Positions 26,822-33,337 of a stretch of DNA of 64,000 bases are shown piece after piece. The notes under the pieces are model-generated. The model worked only from the letters and a program-made list of their open reading frames with translations, was not told the DNA's origin and ran no database searches. The stretch lies in assembly GCA_963763085.1 (NCBI GenBank), contig CAVXNB010000003.1:469232-533231 (forward strand). The letters are read 5' to 3'. This stretch comes from an uncultured Acidimicrobiaceae bacterium (GTDB lineage Bacteria > Actinomycetota > Acidimicrobiia > Acidimicrobiales > Bog-793). Made by a program: the position numbers and the translations under genes. The first letter of the stretch is position 1. Every line of letters starts with the position of its first letter.

Positions 26822-27702
26822 GCCCTCGGGTGGGCGCTGCGGTAAGCGCCGACCAACCGCTCGGTGGACACGTGGGTGTAGATCTCCGTCGTCCTCAGGC
26901 TCGCGTGACCGAGAAGCTCCTGGACGACCCGGAGATCGGCTCCCCCATCGAGAAGATGGGTTGCGTAGGTGTGGCGGAGAGCGTGCGGGTGGGTCGGCAC
27001 CGGGGAGCGCCGGTCCAGAACGCGGCGTACGTCCCTGGGCGTCATCTGGTGGCCGCGGAGGTTGACGAAAAGTGACCCCGGCGGCGTCGCGTCCTTGACG
27101 AGCGACCCGCGGGCTGAACCGACATACCGCGCGACGGCTTCGACCGCCGGTCCGCTCATGGGGACCCTGCGCTGCTTACCGCCCTTCCCCCAGACCGTGA
27201 CTGATCTGCCGGGCAGGTCGACGTCGCTTAGCCCGAGCCCACACAGCTCGGCTACCCGCAGTCCGCTTCCGTAGAGAAGCTCCAAGAGGGCGTCATCTCG
27301 AGCAGCTATGGGAGGAGCGCTCGTGGCCCGTACGCCGTCGGGGGACGGTTCGAGGAGGACCGCGAGCTCCGACGGCGAGAGCACGCGTGGCAGGCGCGCT
27401 TCGCCCGAGGGCGCGGAGAGGCGCCTGGAAGGGTCGTTCGCGATGAGCTCGCGGCGCCGGAGCCAGGCGAAGTAACGCCGGAGGGCGGCCGCCTTCCTGG
27501 CGATGGTCCGACGGGAGTAGCGGCGGGTTGCCAGGTACGCCAAATAACGCCGCAGCATCAGGCGGTCGACCTTAGCCGGGTCCGACACGCCGGCCCGGTT
27601 CGCCCATGCCGCGAACGCCTCGACATCACCCCGGTACGCCTGGCGGGTCGCCGAGGCGTCCGACGCGAGCGAGCGCACGAAACCTTCGAGCTCAAAGCTC
27701 AC
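26818..27702 (-). CDS. xerC: site-specific tyrosine recombinase XerC
   Basis: Catalytic-domain motifs (..RLPRVLS..GLRVAEL..HALRHTYATHLLDGGADLRVVQELLGHASLRTTEIYTHV). The GTG at 27702 is preferred over 27798 because the longer form would overlap the divergent mtrA start. The stop overlaps the whiG start. Confidence 0.85.
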   Translation of the reverse strand: MSFELEGFVRSLASDASATRQAYRGDVEAFAAWANRAGVSDPAKVDRLMLRRYLAYLATRRYSRRTIARKAAALRRYFAWLRRRELIANDPSRRLSAPSGEARLPRVLSPSELAVLLEPSPDGVRATSAPPIAARDDALLELLYGSGLRVAELCGLGLSDVDLPGRSVTVWGKGGKQRRVPMSGPAVEAVARYVGSARGSLVKDATPPGSLFVNLRGHQMTPRDVRRVLDRRSPVPTHPHALRHTYATHLLDGGADLRVVQELLGHASLRTTEIYTHVSTERLVGAYRSAHPRA

Positions 27703-27796
27703 CGCTCCACGGTACCCGAGGGCGCGCGGAGCATGCGATACAACCGCGATTCTGGTCCTACGCCCCAAAGGCTCCAACTTGGGCGACAATGGAGCC

Positions 27797-28489
27797 ATGG
27801 CCCACAGAGTGCTGCTCGTGGAAGACGACGAACGGATCCGTACCTCGATGCGCCTGTCGCTCGAGGACGAGGGCTACGAGGTCGACGAGGCGGCCACCGG
27901 CGAGGAGGCGATCGAAGCCCAGGCCCGGGCCACCGCCTCGAACCCGTTCGACCTGCTCGTGGTCGACATCATGCTGCCCGGGATGGACGGATTCGAATGT
28001 TGCCGTCAGCTCCGGAGGGCGAGCTCGGTCCCGATCATCATGGTCACGGCTCGCACCGACACCCACGACGTGGTTGCTGGCCTCGAGGCCGGCGCGGACG
28101 ACTACGTCACCAAGCCCTTTGAGCCGAAGGAGCTGGCCGCACGCATTCGAGCGCTCCTTCGGAGAGCCCGATCCGGAGAGCCGGGGCTCGTTCAGCTCGA
28201 ATTCGGCGACCTCGAGATCCTTCCTGAGGCCGGCGTCGTGCGCCGCAACGGCGAGGAGGTCCATCTCACCCGCACCGAGTTCCTGCTGCTGTGCGAGCTC
28301 GCCTCGAACGCCGGCAAGGTTCTCTCGCGCGAGCAGCTGCTCGAGCGAGTCTGGAGCTACGACTACTTCGGCGACGGCCGCCTCGTCGACGTCCACGTTC
28401 GGAGGCTGCGGACCAAGATCGAGCATGATCCGAGCGAACCGCGCCACGTGCTCACCGTGCGCGGCCTCGGATACAAGCTCGCCCCGTAG
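27797..28489 (+). CDS. mtrA: OmpR-family response regulator (MtrA-like)
   Basis: Receiver domain (RVLLVEDDE..DLLVVDIMLPGMDG..) plus a winged-helix output domain (..LTRTEFLLLCELA..VHVRRLRTKIE..TVRGLGYKL). The start may instead be the TTG at 27779. Confidence 0.85.
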   Translation: MAHRVLLVEDDERIRTSMRLSLEDEGYEVDEAATGEEAIEAQARATASNPFDLLVVDIMLPGMDGFECCRQLRRASSVPIIMVTARTDTHDVVAGLEAGADDYVTKPFEPKELAARIRALLRRARSGEPGLVQLEFGDLEILPEAGVVRRNGEEVHLTRTEFLLLCELASNAGKVLSREQLLERVWSYDYFGDGRLVDVHVRRLRTKIEHDPSEPRHVLTVRGLGYKLAP

Positions 28490-28491
28490 CC

Positions 28492-29964
28492 ATGAAGGTC
28501 GCCGGGCGGCCGCGGGATCAGCAGGCGCCAGAGCCTCCGGTCCCCTCTGCCGGCGTCGCTCCACCTGCGAGACGGGCCCCTAGGCGCCGTCTCGGACTTC
28601 GCGCCAGGGTCACGACGGCGTTCGCACTCGGAGCGCTCGCGCTCTCCAGCGTCCTGGCGGGGATCACCTACTTCGTCGCGCGAGCGTCGCTCGTTAACCA
28701 GGAGCTCTCGTCGATGCGGCACCAGGCCTTGGCCAACGCCGTCCTGCTCCGGAGCGAGCTCCGGCCGACCGCTTATATCCGAATTGTGATCACGACGCTC
28801 GATTCCGGGCCGAACACGGCCTCGCTCATCTACAGCTCGGCCGACGGCAAGGCCCGCTGGTACCCGTCGTCGGCCACCTTGCAGCCGGCCCAGCTGCCAC
28901 TCGAGCTGCGACAGCGGGTGCTCGCCGGCACGCCTTCCCAGCAGGTCATCGGGCCGCCGGGTACCCCTCATTTCGTGATCGGTGTTCCGATCCGCTCCGA
29001 GAAGGCGGCCTACTTCGAGATCTTCGACCTGTCGGACCTCGCTCGGACCCTGCACGTGCTCTTCGCGTCCCTCATCCTGGCCGCTTTGTTCACCACGATC
29101 GGCGGGGCGATCGTGGGCCGGTGGGCGGCGAGCCGGGCCTTGCGGCCGCTGCACGAGACCGCCCAGGCGGCGCTCGCGATCGCCGGCGGCCGGTTGGGCA
29201 CGCGTCTTGAAAGCACCGACTTTGCTGACATGGCGGTCCTCGCCTCGGCGTTCAACCGGATGGTGGACCAGCTCCAGGAACGAATCGAGCGCGAGGCTCG
29301 CTTCAGCTCCGATGTGAACCACGAGCTTCGGTCGCCGCTCACTACCCTCGCCGCCTCGCTTTCGGTGCTCGAGGCGCGCCGCGACGAGCTCCCGCCGAGG
29401 GCGCTTCAGGCGCTCGACCTGCTCGGCGCCGAGGTTCGGAGGTTCCGTCGGCTCGTCGACGATCTGCTCGAGATCTCCCGTTTCGACCAGACGCCGGGCG
29501 ACCTCTTCCGCGACGAGGTGACAGTGGGAACTCTCGTGGGGCACGCCGTGCGGGCGACCGGGGCCGACGTACCGATCCAGTTCGCCCCCGGCGTGGCGTC
29601 GCGGCACATCCTCGTGGACAAGCGCCGTTTCGAGCGGATTCTCGCCAACCTGTTCGAGAACGCGGAGCGCTACGCCGGCGGCGCGACCCTGCTCGCCGTC
29701 GAAGAGCACGGCTCCTCGGTGCGCTTTCTCGTCGAGGACGCCGGGCCAGGCATCGCGCCGGAGGAGCGCGACCGGATCTTCGAGCGGTTCTCGCGGGGCT
29801 CGACCGGCCGCCGCCGCGGGCTCGGCGATGGCACCGGCCTCGGCCTGGCCATCGTCGCTCAGCACGTCCACCAGCACGGCGGGCGGGTGTGGGTCGAGGG
29901 CCGGCCAGGTGGAGGCTCCCGTTTCGTTGTCGAGCTCCCGGCCGTCGGCGCGACAGCGACATGA
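28492..29964 (+). CDS. mtrB: sensor histidine kinase (MtrB-like)
   Basis: Two TM segments, a HAMP-like linker, H-box FSSDVNHELRSPLT, and an HATPase region (..EDAGPGIAPEERDRIFERF..GTGLGLAIV..). Confidence 0.8.
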   Translation: MKVAGRPRDQQAPEPPVPSAGVAPPARRAPRRRLGLRARVTTAFALGALALSSVLAGITYFVARASLVNQELSSMRHQALANAVLLRSELRPTAYIRIVITTLDSGPNTASLIYSSADGKARWYPSSATLQPAQLPLELRQRVLAGTPSQQVIGPPGTPHFVIGVPIRSEKAAYFEIFDLSDLARTLHVLFASLILAALFTTIGGAIVGRWAASRALRPLHETAQAALAIAGGRLGTRLESTDFADMAVLASAFNRMVDQLQERIEREARFSSDVNHELRSPLTTLAASLSVLEARRDELPPRALQALDLLGAEVRRFRRLVDDLLEISRFDQTPGDLFRDEVTVGTLVGHAVRATGADVPIQFAPGVASRHILVDKRRFERILANLFENAERYAGGATLLAVEEHGSSVRFLVEDAGPGIAPEERDRIFERFSRGSTGRRRGLGDGTGLGLAIVAQHVHQHGGRVWVEGRPGGGSRFVVELPAVGATAT

Positions 29965-30554
29965 AACCCCGCCGGATCCTCGCCTTCGGAATCGTCGCGA
30001 CGGCCGTGCTCGCCGCAGGGGGTTGCGGGCTGCCGATCCAGCGCTCGCCTCAGGCCATCCCCGCCGGCCAGATACCCCTGTCGTTGCGCGAGACGCCCCA
30101 GACTGCGCCGCCGCCTGCGGGGAGAGGCCACAACGCGACGCCGGTGTCCATCTACCTTCTCGGGCCCGACCTGCAGCTGATTCGGGAGATCAGGTACCTC
30201 CATCCCCCACCGAGCCCACAAAGCATCCTCGACGCGCTGGACGCCGGGCCGGAGCCATCGGAGCTGAACCAGGGCATCCAGAGCGCGATCCCGCCGTCAG
30301 CCAACCTCGTCGCGGGCGGTGTCAGCTCACGAGGCGTGCTGACCGTCATGCTCGACTCGACGTTCGGGCTGCTCCAACCAGGCAAGGCGACCTACGAGTT
30401 CGCGCAGATCGTCTATTCCGTCACGTCCTTACCGAGCATCCACGGCGTCCTGTTCGACTACAACGGCGGCAAGATCGAGCCCGAGACCGGCAATGGCTAC
30501 ATCGCGAACAACTTCATCGTGCATCGCTCCGACTACAAGCAGTTGGCCCCGTAG
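29961..30554 (+). CDS. small lipoprotein, GerMN-like (short LpqB-like partner of MtrAB)
   Basis: ATG overlaps the mtrB stop (ATGA). Signal peptide with lipobox LAAGGC. Approx. 170-aa mature part resembling the sporulation/spore-germination (GerMN) domain of LpqB (..SILDALDAGP..GVLTVMLDSTF..EFAQIVYSVTSLPSI..). It is far shorter than the approx. 580-aa mycobacterial LpqB. Confidence 0.6.
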   Translation: MKPRRILAFGIVATAVLAAGGCGLPIQRSPQAIPAGQIPLSLRETPQTAPPPAGRGHNATPVSIYLLGPDLQLIREIRYLHPPPSPQSILDALDAGPEPSELNQGIQSAIPPSANLVAGGVSSRGVLTVMLDSTFGLLQPGKATYEFAQIVYSVTSLPSIHGVLFDYNGGKIEPETGNGYIANNFIVHRSDYKQLAP

Positions 30555-30555
30555 G

Positions 30556-30630
30556 TCAACTTCCCCCACAAAGATTGCGACTGCTCGCAACCTTTAACGG
30601 AGGCAAGATTGACGCGAAATTTCAACCTCC
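30556..30630. repeat. nested-palindrome intergenic element, copy 2 (degenerate)
   Basis: Inner GATTGCGACTGCTCGCAACC (30573-30592), right arm GGAGGCAAGATT (30599-30610), decayed left arm CAACTTCCCCC. It starts 2 nt after the lipoprotein stop, between convergent genes. Confidence 0.7.
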
Positions 30631-30700
30631 CCGCGCCCCCTCCTCGCAAAACCAGACCCCCCGACACACCAGCCCGCCGCCCCCCAGCGGGCCCCGCGCC

Positions 30701-31075
30701 CTAGATCTCCGCCTCCACTCGGCGCGGCTCGCCGCCCGGCGTCTCCACCCGCGGTGCGTCGGCCCAGAGTCGTTCGAGGTTGTAGAAGTGGCGCGCCTCG
30801 TCGAGGAACACGTGGACGACGAAGTCCCCGTAGTCGAGCAACACCCAGCGGGCGTCGTCGAGGCCCTCGATGCACCGGGGGCCGCCGCCGCCCTGTGCCT
30901 TGATCTGGCGCTCGATCTCCTCGGCGAGGGTGCGAACCTGGCGCACGTTGGTGCCGCTCGTGATCACGAAGTAGTCCGTGATCCCCAGTAGCTCCCCGAC
31001 ATCGAGGACGACGGTCGGATCAACCGTCTTTGACGAGGCGGCGACGGCCGCGACGAGGACGCTGTCGAGACTCAA
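30701..31075 (-). CDS. rsfS: ribosome silencing factor
   Basis: 124-aa RsfS/IojAP sequence (..ITDYFVITSGTNVRQVRTLAEEI..WVLLDYGDFVVHVF..). Confidence 0.9.
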   Translation of the reverse strand: MSLDSVLVAAVAASSKTVDPTVVLDVGELLGITDYFVITSGTNVRQVRTLAEEIERQIKAQGGGGPRCIEGLDDARWVLLDYGDFVVHVFLDEARHFYNLERLWADAPRVETPGGEPRRVEAEI

Positions 31076-31097
31076 TGCGACCCGCGGGCCCTTCGGC

Positions 31098-31700
31098 TCA
31101 TCTCGCCACAGGGTACAGGCCGCGTTCGCGGATCACACGGATGGCGGGCATCGGAACGAGGAAGTCTAAGGGACGTCCCGACGCCACCCGATCGCGCAGC
31201 TCGGTGCTCGAGATCTCGAGCGCCGGCACCTCGACCATACGGACGACCCATCCGTCGAGCAGGCCGGCTGTGCTGATCGCCGTTCCGGGCCGGTTCACCA
31301 CGACGAGAACCACCTCGGAGCGGACCTCCTCGACCCGTTCCCAGGACCCGAGTCCGGCAGCGGCGTCGGCACCGACGATCAGGTGGAGCTCGACGCCCGG
31401 CCAGCGGTCCTGGAGCTCGGCGACGGTGTCCGCGGTGTAGGAGAGACCGCCGCGCTCGATCTCGATCGCGCTCGCCTCGAGCCCTTCGACACCCTCGACC
31501 GCTGCTTGCACCAGCGCCAACCGGTCGGCCGCAGGCGTCACCGGCCGGCTCCCCACCTTCTGCCAGGGCTCGTTCGCCACCACGAGGAGGACCCGGTCGA
31601 GGTCGAGCTCGTACCTCGCGTTCACCGCCGCGACGAGGTGGCCGACGTGCACGGGGTCGAACGTCCCGCCGAGAATGCCGAGTCGCCCCTGCTCGCCCAT
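31098..31700 (-). CDS. nadD: nicotinate-nucleotide adenylyltransferase
   Basis: ATG 31700 (MGEQGRLGILGGTFDPVHVGHL..) carries the (H/T)xGH motif. The C-terminal ISSTELR motif is present. Confidence 0.9.
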   Translation of the reverse strand: MGEQGRLGILGGTFDPVHVGHLVAAVNARYELDLDRVLLVVANEPWQKVGSRPVTPAADRLALVQAAVEGVEGLEASAIEIERGGLSYTADTVAELQDRWPGVELHLIVGADAAAGLGSWERVEEVRSEVVLVVVNRPGTAISTAGLLDGWVVRMVEVPALEISSTELRDRVASGRPLDFLVPMPAIRVIRERGLYPVAR

Positions 31701-31800
31701 CTGCGAAGCGTAGCGATCACGGCGGCGTGGTCCCGGATCGAGTTCCGGGCTCGCCGCCAAGCCGCGAAACCCGCGCCTGCGCCTCCCCTACTCTGGTGGC

Positions 31801-33216
31801 GTGACGACCACATCGGACTCGGTCGGGCGCGGGACGCCCGAGCACGGCGCCCCGACGACGGGAGAACGGGCGGCGGCGGGCGGCTGGCACCCGGGCTCAT
31901 GGCAGGACTACCCGGCCGCGCAGCAGCCGCCCTGGCCGGACGCGGCGGCGCACGCCGAGGCCCTGGCCGAGCTCGCGACCCTCCCGCCGCTCGTCTTCGC
32001 CGGTGAGGCGCGCCGTCTCACCCGTGCCCTCGGAGACGTCGCCGCCGGCAACGCCTTCCTGCTTCAGGCCGGAGATTGCGCCGAGTCCTTCGACGACTTC
32101 TCTGCCGACGGGATCCGGGACAAGTTGAAGGTCATCCTGCAGATGGCCGTCGTGCTGACCTACGGCTCGGGGGTACCGGTCGTGAAGCTCGGCCGCATCG
32201 CCGGGCAGTTCGCCAAGCCCCGGTCGTCGCCGACCGAGCTCGTCGACGAGGTCGAGCTTCCGGTCTTCCGGGGTCACATCATCAACGACGACGTGCCTGT
32301 CGCCTCCGCCCGCGTACCCGATCCCCGCCGCATGCTGCGCGCCTATCACCAGTCGGCCTCGACGCTCAACCTGCTGCGGGCCTTCACCAAGGGCGGCTTC
32401 GCCGACCTTTCGCAGGTGCACTCGTGGACGCTGGAGTTCCTCGCCACGAGCGCCGAGGGCCGGCGCTTCGAGGCGATCGCCGAGGAGATCGACCGCGCCC
32501 TGCGGTTCATGCGTGCCTGCGGCGTGGACCTGTCCACCGACTCCCCGATCCACCAGGTCGACCTCTTCACGAGCCACGAGGCCCTGCTGCTCGGCTACGA
32601 GGAGGCGCTCACGCGTAGGGACTCGCTTACGGGCGATTGGTACGACTGCTCCGCCCACCTCGTCTGGATCGGGGAGCGCACCCGTCAGATCGACGGAGCG
32701 CACGTCGAGTTCGCCACGGGGATCGGGAACCCGGTCGAGGTCAAGCTCGGCCCGAGCGCGACCCCCGACGAGGTGCTCGCGCTCTGCGAGCGCCTCAACC
32801 CCGACCGCGTGCTCGGAAGGCTCACGTTCGTCAGCCGAATGGGTGTCGACAAGGTCCGAAACGTGCTCCCGCCGCTAGTGCAAGCCGTGTCGGCCGCGGG
32901 CCACCCGGTCGCCTGGGTCTGCGATCCGATGCACGGCAACACCTTCGCCAGTGAGTCGGGGCGCAAGACGCGTCACTTCGACGACGTGCTGGGGGAGATC
33001 CAGGGCTTCTTCGCCGTCCACCAGGCTGCGGGGACCTGGCCAGGAGGGGTTCACATCGAGCTGACCGGGGACGACGTCACCGAGTGCCTCGGCGGCATCG
33101 GCGACATTCTCGAGGAGCAGTTGCCGTTGCGCTACACGACCGCCTGCGACCCCCGCCTGAACGCCCGCCAGTCGATCGATCTGGCCTTTCGCGTCGCGGA
33201 GCTGCTGCGCAGGTAG
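31801..33216 (+). CDS. aroG: class II 3-deoxy-7-phosphoheptulonate (DAHP) synthase
   Basis: 471-aa ORF with the plant/actinobacterial type II DAHPS N-terminus (..WQDYPAAQQPPWPD..LPPLVFAGEARRL..QAGDCAESF..). Confidence 0.9.
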   Translation: MTTTSDSVGRGTPEHGAPTTGERAAAGGWHPGSWQDYPAAQQPPWPDAAAHAEALAELATLPPLVFAGEARRLTRALGDVAAGNAFLLQAGDCAESFDDFSADGIRDKLKVILQMAVVLTYGSGVPVVKLGRIAGQFAKPRSSPTELVDEVELPVFRGHIINDDVPVASARVPDPRRMLRAYHQSASTLNLLRAFTKGGFADLSQVHSWTLEFLATSAEGRRFEAIAEEIDRALRFMRACGVDLSTDSPIHQVDLFTSHEALLLGYEEALTRRDSLTGDWYDCSAHLVWIGERTRQIDGAHVEFATGIGNPVEVKLGPSATPDEVLALCERLNPDRVLGRLTFVSRMGVDKVRNVLPPLVQAVSAAGHPVAWVCDPMHGNTFASESGRKTRHFDDVLGEIQGFFAVHQAAGTWPGGVHIELTGDDVTECLGGIGDILEEQLPLRYTTACDPRLNARQSIDLAFRVAELLRR

Positions 33217-33273
33217 CTCCACCCTGACGTGGTGTCCCTGGGGTCAACGGTGACAAAGTGACCAGAGTCGTTT

Positions 33274-33301
33274 TTGACGGCTACCTTGAGTGGCCTACAA
33301 T
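33274..33301 (+). promoter_or_regulatory. candidate sigma-70-type promoter for the large secreted repeat protein
   Basis: TTGACG (33274-33279), a 16-nt spacer, then TACAAT (33296-33301), about 37 nt upstream of the ATG at 33338. A near-consensus A/T-rich match is conspicuous in this GC-rich DNA. Confidence 0.45.
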
Positions 33302-33337
33302 GCGCCCTCAGCGTTCAGACGGTCTGTTTGAGAGGCT

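Noticed and set aside
26818-27798. Tyrosine recombinase as the integrase of a prophage or genomic island
   Set aside because: The sequence and context (translationally coupled to whiG, beside rpsB-tsf-pyrH-frr) fit the housekeeping XerC of actinobacteria. There is no adjacent tRNA, no att-like direct repeats, no phage or transfer genes, and no compositional shift visible by eye.
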